DNA of 64,000 nt from Guillardia theta CCMP2712 (taxonomy: Eukaryota > Protista > Cryptophyta), in NCBI RefSeq assembly GCF_000315625.1, contig NW_005434635.1, positions 1 to 64,000 of the forward strand. The letters run 5' to 3'. This document shows positions 37,436 through 49,939 of this stretch, piece after piece; position 1 is the stretch's first letter, and each line of letters opens with the position of its first letter. The position numbers and the translations under genes were made by a program. The notes under the pieces are model-generated. The model searched no databases. It saw only the letters and a list, made by a program, of their open reading frames with translations, and was not told the origin of the DNA.

Positions 37436-40400
37436 ATGAAGAGGAAGAAGCTGCTGCTGTTCGTCGCGCTCTCCCTCCTTGCTTCAGGCTGCTCTGTCCT
37501 CCTCAATCAGGAGGGGATAAGGAGGAGAGCCTCGGCCCTCTCACCAACTCAGCATGGCGGTCGTCGATTGAGAGGAGGAGGATGTGGGAGCTGTGTCGGG
37601 AAGTGTGGATCCTGTGGAGACGCAGAGCAGCCCGATGGGCTTGACGAGTCAGCGGGAGACTTCTTTGATGACATCATGAATGATGCAGCTGTGACTCAGA
37701 AAAGTGCCGCGGTGGTTGCCAGGGAGGAGGAGCTCAGGAAGGAGAAGATGGCGCTGGCAGCGGCAGCAGCGAGAGCAAGGGAGGACAACCGCATGCTACG
37801 ACGCATGGAACAGCCTCTGCAGAAGGAAAACTTCACTGACTTCATGCAGCGGGTGGTGACTGAATGGGTGGACATGCACTTGGACTGCTGCTGGCTGCCG
37901 GTGTTCGAGGAGCTTGATAACGACAACAGAGGAGAGTTGTCAGCTCAAGACTTTCGTCTTATGGCCAAGGCTCGCATCGACGTGCTCAACCCTGCGCTCA
38001 GTGCGATCGACGTGCAGAATTTCACCTGGGGTTCGCTGGGAGACGTTGTCAGCGAGGGAGAGATTCAGAGGATAGTAAACCGGTACATGGAGCTCGACAC
38101 AGACAAGAATGGTTTGTTCCTTTGCAGAGTTTGCGAATCGATTTCTCCAATGGACTGTTGATGGCATATTCAGCAGCATCGACGACACCATGGAAGAAAC
38201 TTTTGCACAGTAAATGAACTTGGCTTGGCCTGCCTCACAACTGATTGTACGACGCAGAGACAGTGGGAAAGTAGAGCGAGAATTTGCTGATACCTTGGAG
38301 GAGATGTATTTGCAGCTGCAGGAGCAGATGAAGCCGTTTCTGGCAGCCATTCGGAAATTGTTCTACCCGCACAGGTAACCTTGTCATGATCATCTTGAGT
38401 TCTTGCTTTCTTACAGTGGCTTTCTCCTTGCTCTTTCCAGAACTCCTTCGCAGAGGACTAAGGCACTCCTGAAGGGAAGAGTCGGAGATCCGGACACAGT
38501 CGACGAACAAGTGATGTATGAGCAGTATCCTCCAGATGTGTTGAGCCACGAGATCAATGGAACCAAACACGAACGAAGCCATCTCGAAGCTCGGGTACAA
38601 TGGTGGGCTGGAATTGATTGTGTAGATAGAGTCTGATTGTGTTTGGCTCAGGATGGAGCTTGAAGCCATTCGATATTCCATAGACTGGGATAGGAGGAAG
38701 GCCAGCGCAATTTTGACTGACGCGTTGACGGGGAATCCTTACCAGGAAGTGGATGAATCAGAAGAAGACTCAGCAGAGGACGTCTGTTACAGTCTGCTGC
38801 CGGGGTCTTCGGCCAAAGACTTGCCGTTTCGCTATCGAGGAAAACTTTCTCACTCCGTTGGCAACTACACCCAAGGATACTCTCGGATGCTGAGGGCGTC
38901 GTTGCTCATCAATAGGGCAGAGGTGAGAGGCTCTGAGCAGCCTTGAAGTGACGCTGTGGACGTGACTGATGTCCTTGCTCGTTCGGCTGCAGATCCTTAA
39001 GGAGGAATGCTCTGCAGCTACCATGACTCCTCCTTTCTGCCTCGAAGCCACTGGGGACCCCGAAGGGTGAGCGCTGCTGCCTCCTGTGAGAAAAGTTGAG
39101 AGAGAGAGCGTGCAGAGGCCCGGAATGGACAGAAGAAACTCTCAAGCTGCTGGGCCAAATGATGATGGACGTGAACGCAGCAATATACGAGGTCTATACT
39201 GGACAGAAGGAAGAGAAGAGAGAATGGCTGCAGCTTTTGGGGCGTGGAGTGCTGCGGAATGCCTTCATGCAGCGAACATTGTGCAACCAGGCAAGAGACG
39301 CCCGAGAGAGGAACGAGAGTCTTATTGATGCTTGTTCGCAGGTGTTGCGCGACAGGGACGGGATGATTCGAGACCTTCTCATCGCCTTCGAAATGAACAT
39401 GCCTGATGCCTACGAATTGGCTGCGTTCTACTACCCTCAGTGCATCTTGAAATGGCTGGATTTTGATCATACGAAAGAGAAGCATCCTTCCCTCTCGTTC
39501 TACAGAGGGTCTCTCTGCAACTGCTCCTCACTGAGTTGCCTTGAGCCTCCCAAGTTTGAGTACGAGACAGACGAGCTGCTGGACCCGGCTTACTTCGAGC
39601 CCTATCCTGCCGAGGACGAGGAGCAGATCGAGAGGACCTACAGATCCATGAATCTCTGCAACTTCTCGTCCAAGCAGCTTCAGGCCTGCAAGGAGCCTGT
39701 CAGGATTCCTCACGACTGCCGGGACTTCCAGGAGGCAATGGACCTCATTAACGCGGCGGCACGAGAAGGAGTGTCGGAGGAGTTTGAGATCCTTGTTTGC
39801 GGCCCGAGGAACTTCGCGTGGGAGGAGAAGCTGCACACCATTCTTCACGTGCCTGAATGGGTGGACCTTGAGGAGTTGGCGCAGGAGCCCTTCGTGCGGC
39901 GGAGACGGTTGGATTCCGTGAGCTGTCATGACCTCAGCCTTCTAGCCTTCTCATGGTTGACCAGGCGCCGGAACTCATGCCTCAGCTCGTTCACCTGCTC
40001 AAGACTCCTGTCAGGTTGACACCCAGCGGTCTGGACCATTACTCGTACATCGATGTTCGTTTCTTCTGTAACTTTTACGTCGCAAGTGGATCTGACGATG
40101 GGGTATCAGGAGATCGCTCTGGATGATAGGTATCGCGATTATGATGTCGCAACACAGCTCATCGCTCGTCACAACAAGAAGCTAGACAAGCCCTCAAAGT
40201 TCTACGATGTTCCTCTGTTTGGATATCTTCCCCCAAAGAAGGTTTCAGTCTCATGACCTGCCGTTGACGACTTGTAATCTGACATGTTTGTTGAAAAGTT
40301 GACCCTCAGGCTGCGAGGGTCCCCGAACGTGCAAGTGTGGGGCGAGTGGCACCTCTCCTCCATCAGCTCAGGATCAATAGAGGGGATGACCTTCAGTACT

Positions 40401-41423
40401 GTCTTCCACTACATGCGCGAACACGAGGAGATGGAGGATTACACGGTGAGCGCTGCACCCTCGCCTCCCACGGAGGTCTTACCAACACCTTCCTCTCCTC
40501 TAGTTTCTGCAAGCGGGCGGCGAATGGAACTTCACGCACGCAGACATTCGGGTGGGAGCAGGAGGGGCTCTGCTGACAAAGCAGCGGGCGCGAGCTCGAC
40601 TCACTTGGTGTTGCGTCGGGGGGGTCGACGATGCAGACTTCAGGGCCATCAATGGTGTGGTTTCAATCGACTCCAGGTTCACCTTTTATACCCAGTCTCC
40701 TCTCCTCTCTCCTCTCCTTCGTCTACCTCCGTCCACTATTTCTCCGATCTCCTTGTGTCTTCTATTCTCACTCGTATCGCAGCGCCTGCCAAGCTCATGC
40801 AGTTGTACTGGAGTTGTGCGGACTGCAGAGCGGAACGGCTGTGTTTCTGACCCACTCAGGCACGTTCAAAGGCGAGAGCTGCCTCTTCCAGCACAACTAC
40901 AACCATGTCCAGGTCAGCCTTCAACCTCCTTGTCCCTCGCTATCACTCCCTCCCCCCCCTCCTTCTCCCCCTTCTCCTCTCTGGGCTCCCCACTCCCTCC
41001 TTTCCCTCCTATCCCTTCTCTCCCTCCTCTCACTCCTTGGTTCTGCTCTGCTAGATCTTTGCCCATACCGCCGTATCTCTCACCAACTGCACCATGTGGA
41101 ACCATTCCAGCACGCTGTGGGTCGGGCATGAGCTGTGCGACGAGGAGGCGATCATCCACCTTGACGGTGTTGCCGTCTTCGGTTCGCTATGGCGCAACGA
41201 CTGGCGGCCGGCTATCTGTGACTTCAACAATGTCTTCGAGTACTCCAAGGCCGCACGCCCTGACAGGCCATACCCGCCTCAGAGGAAAGTCAGGACTGCC
41301 AGTGGTGCGGCCAGCAAGCCGAGGGCACCCACTGAGAGCGGCGGAGGACTGGGAGGATGCGGCAGTGGAGGATGTGGTAGTGGAGGATGCGGGGGCGGCG
41401 GCTGTGGGGGCGGTCTTGATTAG
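37436..41423 (+). CDS. Large signal-peptide + LRGG-motif protein with EF-hand pair and probable C-terminal pectin-lyase-like beta-helix, multi-exon
   Basis: MKRKKLLLFVALSLLASGCSVLL, RRLRGGG, EF-hand-like FEELDNDNRGELSAQDF and MELDTDKN, VRIPHDCRDFQEAM, and VWGEW...SSGSIEG...AGEWNFTHADIR..GAGGA beta-solenoid-like pattern. Gly/Cys tail. Confidence 0.6.
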
Positions 41424-41552
41424 TGATGATGTAAAATTAGTTGCGAGAGATGGCCTGGCCCGGCGCCGCACCTCAACGGTGGCCCACTATGGGCTGTGCC
41501 GCGCGAGTGACCGTACTGTGGTGCTGTGGGGCAACCCGTTCTGTGGGGCTGC

Positions 41553-41652
41553 TGTGGGGCGGGCCCGGGCTGGGGGCGGGGGCTGGGGCGGGGCTGGGGG
41601 CGGGGCAGGGGGCGAGGGGGGGGGGAAGGGGGGGGCAGTGCAGGGGGGGCGG
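41553..41652 (+). other. G-rich tract with many G3+ runs (potential G-quadruplex)
   Basis: More than 10 runs of GGG or longer within 100 nt, located between two + strand genes. Confidence 0.6.
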
Positions 41653-42039
41653 CACCTGAGTCATGGGAGGGGATGAGGGGCAAAACGGAAAATCAGTGAA
41701 GGACGTGGAGGCTGGTAGCAGTGAGCGGTAGGACGAGAACGAGGGAGAGAGAGAAGGAGAGAGGGAGAAGCTTGAGCCCGCTCTTAAGCTTTGAGAGGAG
41801 GGGGAAGAGAGAGAGAGAGAGAGAGACCTGAAGAAGCACTGACATAGAAGGATCGGGGCGTCGGGAGAGAGTGAAATTCGTTGGTGAATTCTGAGGGATT
41901 GGAGGCAGAAGGATATCGGGGCATGCGAGCTGGTGAGGTGATCGTCCCCCGACGAGCAGTCATTGACAATCCATAGGGTAAACGTCGTGATCGCTGTGGT
42001 CCTGGTATCATTCGGGGGAGACCGACAGGGCTGGAGAAT

Positions 42040-43078
42040 ATGGCATCGACTCAAGCAGCAGACCCATTCTTTAGCTTGAAGGCGGAAGTGGAAGCAGCAA
42101 TCAATGACATCGTGGAAGGCTTACCGCAATTGACACCAAGGTGAATGTGCCGCTGTTAAGTGACCGAGGGGTTGACTGAGGCATGTTTCAGAGAGGTCAC
42201 CGAGGCCATGGAGAGGATCAAATGGGACATAGAGATGATGGAGGACTCGATAGACAGGTGTCTCGAAGCACAATGATGACCTTGTTTGGTTCGCTGACTA
42301 GCAGCTCAGGGTAATGTCGAATCCTTCAAAGTTTGGGATTTCTGGCGATGAGATAGAAAGGAGGAGAATTTTCGTCAACAGCATGAAATCTAAACTGTCA
42401 AGCATTCAAAGTAATCTCTCGTGAGCTGCGCGTGTGCCTCCTCTGATCCTTGTCCCAAGGCAAAGATTCGGAGAGAAAATCGGCGAATGTAACCGGGAAT
42501 GGTATTGCAAACTCAAGAAGTACGGCGTCCGATCAGAGAGAGGCGCTTCTCGGGAATCGAGACCAGGAGAAGTGACGAGCTTTTGCGTGTTTGCTCTCGT
42601 GTGAGATTTGGCGCAGGGCTAAACAACAAGCAGCTCTCGAGGAGGATAACGAGAATTTCATTGAGAACGAAAACCTTCGCAGAGCTCTCATCATGCGTGA
42701 ACAAGATGAAAGCCTTGATGACTTGAGCCTCGCTGTCACGAGAATCGGGCAGATGGGACTGACGATTCATCATGAGCTGAAAGAGCAGGTGATTATCTCT
42801 CTTGTCCGATTCATTTCTCAGTCCTGTTGGTCGTTGATGGTTTGGTAGGAATCTTTGATTGACGATCTTCATGAACGGACAGACTATTCTGTGAACAACA
42901 TGTCGGATGTGAACAAATTGGTATCGCAGCATGTTCGAAAGTGTCCGATGTTCTTTGAATACTGATGCAGGTCAGCGAAATGCTCCAGAATCGTCAAGGA
43001 AGAAATCAGCTGTGTCTGATCTGCATCCTCACGACTGCTCTTGTAGTTGTGACAACCTTGATTTTCCTATTACCATGA
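42040..43078 (+). CDS. Syntaxin-6/Tlg1-like Qc-SNARE, multi-exon
   Basis: N-terminal DPFFSLKAEV, NPSKFGISGDEIERRRIFV, SNARE motif IMREQDESLDDLSLAVTRIGQMGLTIHHELKEQ..LIDDL, and a C-terminal TM LCLICILTTALVVVTTLIFLLP. Confidence 0.92.
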
Positions 43079-43409
43079 CAAACAAATCCAAATGAAGAGT
43101 TTTATTGAGCACTATTTACCATTTTGGATCAGAGATGTCACATGCAATGAGCAAAGCAAATACATAACACCGACAAAAGAAGAGGATTCGGAAATTCCTC
43201 TTAACTTAACCCAGAGAAGAATCAGCTATTCGTCAAGACTAAGAGGCTTCTAGATCAGATATGACATGAGAAGCAAGATCTGGAATAATACACGACAAGG
43301 ACAACATAGAGACACCATTCAGATGTCTCAATCTAGCTCAGGATTCGTCGAGATCATGGCACGTTTCGATGGCTGATTGTCTATCTGCATAGTAGAGACG
43401 CTGGAATCG

Positions 43410-44500
43410 CTATCTAGCGTATCTCTCCCACTTTCGACCGTATCGTAGTCAAGTCTCTTAGCAAAGCACAGCAACATGTCCTGATCTCTATGGTTAGTCC
43501 AACCATCTTCTTGGTCGTCTCTATCGTTACCTCACGCTTCAGTGCTCCCTTCCTAGACCTTAGGCGATCCATGTACTGATTCCATGTGCGATCGTCGAGC
43601 TCGCTTCCATTCGGTAAAATCAACTTCAACACAAAGTCAGCACAGAAACAAGTCAAAGGAAACGAGATCCTACCCGAACATGCTTCGGTTGTACCCCACT
43701 GCTTGTTCCTGCACCCCAATAATAATGCGATATAACATTCTGACTCAATTCTCTAAGCGTTTTCACCTGAAAGATGAACGTGAGCAACGAGATCTTCGAT
43801 CAAGATGAAAAAGATGCACTCACATGAAATCGAACAATCCATTCATCATTAAACTGCACTCGGACGACGGCAGTCTCTTCAGCTGCAGACATACGTACTG
43901 CTGAATGAGAAGCTAACCTAAAATCCAAAGCGTCACCTTGTTTTTATGTGGAACAAGATTCATCTTTTTAAGCCGCAAAGAAGCGGTCGGGAAAATCCTG
44001 CAGTCCTCTGTCTCCCACTCAACTTATGCCTGACTTGAAGCTTGTATTCTCTTGCTCACGTTAGCACAATTCAAATTCAACTGATATTGAGATCTAAACT
44101 TCATACACCCATTTCTATCAGCTTTCAACGCGCAGAAACACATTCAAGAAAATCATACTCTACTTTTCTAAGTGTTATCAACAACGGGAAATTACAGTGC
44201 TCGCAAGAGAAGTCCTCCTGCACTATTTCATTTTCTTTCAAACGCAAGCATCAATGCAACCCATATCTGACTGAATATACAACAAATCAAATACACTTTC
44301 ACTACATAACGAATCAAAACCAAAACACAGAAGAAAGTAGGTTCATGCACTCGTAATCTTGTTCGAGTGGAGAGGCAAGATATGGTTGTAGATGCAGAAC
44401 AGAGCAAAAATTCTAGCACGTGCCCGTTGATCCATTGAACCGGAATCGTTAGCTCCACGCAAGAATGCGACTTGTACACCAAGGATAGGAGTGAAGTCAT
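43410..44500 (-). CDS. Possible multi-exon hypothetical gene; structure unresolved
   Basis: Short coding-like segments bounded by AG/GT (e.g. AAEETAVVRVQFNDEWIVRFH, LPNGSELDDRTWNQYMDRLRSRKGALKRE). No recognisable domain. Confidence 0.35.
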
Positions 44501-45751
44501 TTCCTTGATGCAAATAGACGTTTCTCTTATGATATCTCTTATGATATCTCTTTGTCATCCCAGTCTATCTTCTCACCCCTCCTCCCTTCCGTCCCTCCGT
44601 TCTTGCGTCCCCCTGGGGCCTCCAACTCTCCAACACACTGCCCCCAAGTCTATTCAAGATTTGTTTGTCATACACATTTTTCTTGAAATCTCTGCGCTAC
44701 CATCACACATAAGCCATGGCTTCTCTCTCCCTTCGCCCTGCATTTCGCCTCGCGAGGCCAAGCCACCATGCCGCAGGGGGTTTTCCCACCCCACCCCACC
44801 TAGCATCATTCCGTCCCAGCTTCACCCCTTTTATGAACCACCCCACCACCAATATTCCCAGGGTTCTGATGGAGGAATGCCGGTAACTAATGTACCAGTA
44901 CCCGTACTATTTGATTTACGTCCTCGGCGGGGGTGCTACTTCTAGCCCCCAGTCCCTACCCACCAGCACCATCGAAATCCATTCCTGTCCACCCGGTTCC
45001 TTCTGCCCCTGTCACCACCCTGGAATAACAACAACCCCCCTGTAGTCTGAAACTACCCTACCCATCTTACACAATATCCCTGTCTAGAACCTACCCTTCT
45101 GCTATACACCTTCTACTCTTTTGTTAAAGGAGGGGTAGAGAGGGTACAGGTCTTCAAAAGTTTTTCGCAGGGGGTCGTTTCTCATTGCTTAATGCCCCTT
45201 AAAATTTCAGATGTTTCAAATAAGCTTCATTATTTTCAAAGAGTAGCTGACCCACTCAGTACGGTCGGTCACAGCAAATGTTACGCCCACAGTCCACTAC
45301 CCTACGGGTTACTAAAATAATCTTTAAGGTAAACAATTTATTGCAAAAAATGCTTTAGCTCTTGAAGAAAATGCGAGGAGGCCGAATAGTCTGAACTGCT
45401 GAGCAGTACGAAGTCGAAGAGCAGGCAGGAGGGGAGGGAGTAGAGAGAAGCTGGAGGCACAGGAATGGTCATAAGATCTCAATGTAGGCAAGAGCAGGAC
45501 ATGGAACAAAATGCTTACCGAAGCGACATGAATTTCTCAGGGGAGATACAACATGGCCAGAATGAAAGCGAAACGACTGCTGAAGCATGATGTAGTCGAA
45601 TCGAAGTCAGACGGATGAGAGAGAGAGAGAGATAGAGGGAGGGAGGGAGGGAGGGAGGGAGGGAGGGAGGGACAAACGGACGGTGAGGGAAGAAGATGGA
45701 GAGGACCGAGCATTCCAAAGACGGCACTTCTGATTTCCTTGTTTGCGAAGA

Positions 45752-48700
45752 ATGTTTCAGCAAGCGTCTTGCCTGGCGTTGCTTCTGGCAATCGATGCTT
45801 GCAACGCCTTCCAAGGCTCAACGCTGCACCTGGTTCGGCAATCTTTGAATCCTTGCATAGCCTAGTGTGACAGGATAGAAGCAGGGCCCCTCAACTGGGA
45901 GACGCGTCTCATTCTACTCTGGGAGGCTCGCTCTTAGCCAAAAGGTGATGGGAGATGAGAGGAGGGATACTTTTTCCTTCGCGTCCCTTCCACGTGTCGA
46001 CCTCCCTACCTCCGATCCCTCCGATCCCTCCGATCCCTCCGATCCCTCCGATCCCTCCGATCCCTTCGATACCTCCGATCCTCTCTGCTCGTCTGATCTG
46101 CCATACAGCTAACGGGTGCAGCTCATCGAGGCGGGATGTTGAGCTCGCTCAGCTGCTCTCAAGCAACGGAGGGGAAGGGGAGCAACAAGCTGATGCTGGG
46201 ACTTGTTTCAGGTCTCATGGCTGGAATGGCTTCTTTGGACTCAAAAGACTTTCAGGATTGCTTCTTGTCAACACAGTCTTCCAACCCCTTGCGCCATCCT
46301 TTGCGTAATTGCTGAAAAGTACGACATGAGGCTTGTTGACAAGGTGATCAGGCAAGATGTGAACCCCGTGAGCTCTACATCAAAGGCACAAGGTTGATCT
46401 CACAAGTGTTATCTTCAACTTGAACCTTAATCTTCATCTTTCAATGCCATTTCTCGGCTCCTGATGACAGAAGAAGCAGGCAGTTGCTCGAGTCAACATT
46501 GGTCGGCAACGCTCTTGGCCTCCACTGAGGATACAGGAGGGTGGGGATCATTGAGACGGGATAGGGAGATGGGTTGACTTGCAATTTCATCAGGGGTTTT
46601 GCCGACTTGCCTCCCTGCCTTCCATGGTCTAGCGGCCCTTGTGTGTCAGTGAACGGACCGTGCTTTGCGGACGAGAAGACAGGTCGGAGATGTCTGTCAT
46701 GTCAGAGAGATTGACTGTGAGGCCTGCAAGGTTGCGGGAAGTCGTTCAAGGAATGTGCTGAGAACAAGGGTAAGCAGCCTTAGAGGAGGGTGTTATGGTG
46801 GCAATTGTGAGCGGAGGAAGGGGACAGTTATGGAGGAGGAATCGATGGGGTGGGAGATGATTTTTCTTGTCTCTAGATTGTCAGAAGGGCTTGTCATGCC
46901 TTGCTCGATGCAAGGGAGAGCCAACGTGCTCGACGGGTTGCTTCGCGGCGTTTGCTGATGACAGCATGACAAACTTCCTCGGTGACGGGTCGGAGGATGC
47001 GCAAGAGCAGGAGGGTGACTATGTTGGACAGGATGTGCTCTTGAGGACAAGGAGTGCATCAACTTCCCCAAGGATCCGAAGCTTCTTGGCTGGCTGGACG
47101 ACGGAGCAGCAGGTGAGGGAGGTGAGGGGGCAGCGGAAGGCGCTGACGATTGAGCAGCTCCCAAGAAAGTCGCGAACTTTGACATCAACTCCTTGAAAGG
47201 AGACTGGATCAAGGTATGAAAATAGGAGGAGGACGTGGCGAGGGGCTGGCAAGGGGGGAGGGGAAGTGGGTGACGCGGTTGAGGTTGTTGTGTGCCTGTG
47301 TTTGTGTAGAAGAAATGGGATGGCAGAGAATGCGACGGTCATCTGCTGCTGCAGGTGCTTGGGCTTGACGACCGCTACGATTGCTTCGAGTGCCAACAGA
47401 ATCGCTTCAGGTGAGGGAGAAGGAGAGGGATTCGGAAGCACTGAGTAGGGGCAGAGAGGAGAACGGTCAATGGCGAATGGACACGACGTTCCGCCTCCCT
47501 CGAGCTCGGGGAATGAGCAAAGGTAAACGTAAAGGGCAAGACGTTTCCCCTGACATCTGCTGTCTCTTTCGTTCTCTGTGCCCCTGTGTCCATCCATGAA
47601 AAGTCTCTGTTGAGAAACCCCTGGCACCCAACACTTTCAAGTGGGAGGCATCAACTCAGGTACCGCCTCGTCGCCCTCGCCCTCTCTGTTCTTCTTCCGT
47701 CTGAAGCTCCTCTTATCTTGTTCTGACAAATGTCAAGACCCCAGACTCCAACTACCTGCAAAACGATTTGACGGAAGAGGTTCGTTGCTTGTGTGTGTTT
47801 CTTTTCTCTCTTCCACTGCCCTGCCCAGCCCTTGTCCCTGCCCTGCCCTGCCCTGCCCTTGTCCCTGCCCTGCCCTGCCCTATCATCGGCCTGTTTCTTC
47901 AGATCCGTCCTTCACAAGTGACCAGTCACTGCAGGTCTTTGTCGACAGCAAGGACGCCCGTCCAAGCATGCACACAACTGTGCGTGCGAGAGTTCAGCCA
48001 AACCCTCCGTTGCCTTTGTGCCCTCAATATTTCTTATGAGCACCTTCTCAGCTGTTCCTCCCTTGCCTTGATGTTACCTTCTTCTTTTCCTTCCATTTTG
48101 CCTTCTTCCCAGTCTCACTCTCCAGCTTCCGTACATCTGTTTCCTCAGATTTCCTACCTGTCCTTGCCCTCCCTTCTCTCCCTTCTCTCCCTTCTCTCCC
48201 TTCTCTCCTGTTCCCTCCCGCTCGCAATCCCTCTTTCCTCATCGCCCCCTTCAGGGCAAGACGTTTGGCCTCACCTTCTGGGAGAACTACTACATCGTCG
48301 GGCAGGTATGTTGTGGCTCTTCCCTTTGCTGCTCTCGACCTGAGCGCTGTGAGCAGGGGAAGGACTGGCAGTTTGTCAGATACGTTGGGCACACCTTGCA
48401 GGTCCTCTTGCTGTTCCTCGTTACCTTCCCCTTGCATCTCAACTCTCTTATTGCTCTTACCCCTTGCCGTTCCTCCTCAGGCATATATGCTTACTGATTG
48501 ACTGCATTAGGGCGGCTATAAGGGAGCTTTTGTTCTCTCCCGCACGCCGGAACTGTCTGCAAGCGCTCTGGAGGAGGTTTTGACCCTCTTTTGCTCTTGT
48601 GCGGGCTGAAGTGTCTCCGTTTGGCAGGTGAAGGCTGTAGCAACCGAGCAGGTCAGCTAGGAATATGCTGTAAGCTGTGCCATGTGACATGTACGAACAG

Positions 48701-48952
48701 GGGCTGGACCTCTCAGGTTTCTGTCGGATCAAGAACAAGGCTTGCGGAACAAGGCAGTTTGTGAGGGGAGAGAAGGGGAGGGGATGACGTGATGGGTAGG
48801 ACTGATGCTATGGCGGTCAATGACCTGGACGACTACCTCGGTGATGCGAACAAGCACGTGGAGGTCTTTCATCTGTATATCATTCTATTTAATATCATCA
48901 CGTACATGTTTTACAGTTCATGTTTGGCCGTCAAGAGAAGTTCAAGCCTTGA
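45752..48952 (+). CDS. VDL: Violaxanthin de-epoxidase-like (VDL) lipocalin protein, plastid/thylakoid-targeted, many exons
   Basis: Signal peptide MFQQASCLALLLAIDACNA-F. Cys-rich DCQKGLSCLARCKGEPTCSTGCFAAF...FLGCALEDKECI. Lipocalin motifs FDINSLKGDWIKVLGLDDRYDCFECQQNRF, SMHTT-GKTFGLTFWENYYIVG, YVGHTLQ and YKGAFVLSRTPEL, then GLDLSGFCRIKN. Confidence 0.85.
46011..46080. repeat. (CCGATCCCT)n minisatellite in a VDL intron
   Basis: About 7 tandem 9-mers. Confidence 0.9.
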
Positions 48953-49087
48953 GGCGAAAAAAAGGAGCTCCATCTCCCCCATCGATGATAATTGTGTATA
49001 TCTTGACTTACATCAAAGAGATAGCACGCATGTTGAGCGAGTAAAGACTCTTAGCCTGCCCGGGTGTGTTGAGTTTGCTTGCAATGA

Positions 49088-49939
49088 TCAGCGATCTTCC
49101 AGCTCGAGACTCCCGTCCAGCTCCATGATCGCGTCTAGCCCATCATAGTCGAATTGACTGCAAGAGAGCTCAGCGTCATACTCGCTCGCCGAGCTCGAGA
49201 ACTCCTCGCACGAGAGCAGTTGCATGTCGCCAGTGCTAATGTCTGAATCCAAGGAGCCGACGCAAGCATTCTTCCTCTTGCCTGACTTGAGCCATTCTGA
49301 CGGGTTGGGCCCGTGTAGATAGGCGACTATGCTAGAGAATTCTTCGCAGTGAGGGCTACTGACCGAGCAAGAGCTCCTGGTGCTATCATGCTGGAGCGAG
49401 TCTTCGTTGCAGCTCTCAAGGTCGTTGTCACACTCGAGCACCACGCCGACACTGTCGCTGATGTCTAGCTCTACCTTTTCGGAGATGAAGTCCACTTCCT
49501 CCGTCTTTAGCACCACTTGCTCTTGCTTCTCCGTCGCTGGATGCTTGCTCTCCTTGCAGACCTCGGAAGGCTTGGCTTGATTGGTTTCCTTGCTCTTCAG
49601 AAGCGGATTCTCTGGTCTTTGACGGGAGTATGGCCATCGAACAACACCAACGCGCCTGCATGCATTCTTCATGGCGGTAAGGGAGATGCCCAGGTGAGAC
49701 GCAGCTTCCACTTGTCGCATGTAGAAAAGAGCCTTAATGTCGTTGAGGCTCAGACTGAGGGACTTGGGACTAGACCTCTGAGATTCTCCCTTCTTCCTCC
49801 TTGGGAACACAAACGCCCGTGCGGGTCCTGCATTGAAAGACTTTCCTTTCTTTGTGACGTTTCCTCGGAAACTCCCCGGCTCATGCACGGTGGAGATGAG
49901 GAGATTTCTGAACGAGCAGTTGTTTCGTGGAGGAGCCAT
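49088..49939 (-). CDS. RWP-RK domain transcription factor, intronless
   Basis: LSLNDIKALFYMRQVEAASHLGISLTAMKNACRRVGVVRWPYSR, with an upstream VFPRRKKG and an acidic C-terminus. Confidence 0.93.
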   Translation of the reverse strand: MAPPRNNCSFRNLLISTVHEPGSFRGNVTKKGKSFNAGPARAFVFPRRKKGESQRSSPKSLSLSLNDIKALFYMRQVEAASHLGISLTAMKNACRRVGVVRWPYSRQRPENPLLKSKETNQAKPSEVCKESKHPATEKQEQVVLKTEEVDFISEKVELDISDSVGVVLECDNDLESCNEDSLQHDSTRSSCSVSSPHCEEFSSIVAYLHGPNPSEWLKSGKRKNACVGSLDSDISTGDMQLLSCEEFSSSASEYDAELSCSQFDYDGLDAIMELDGSLELEDR

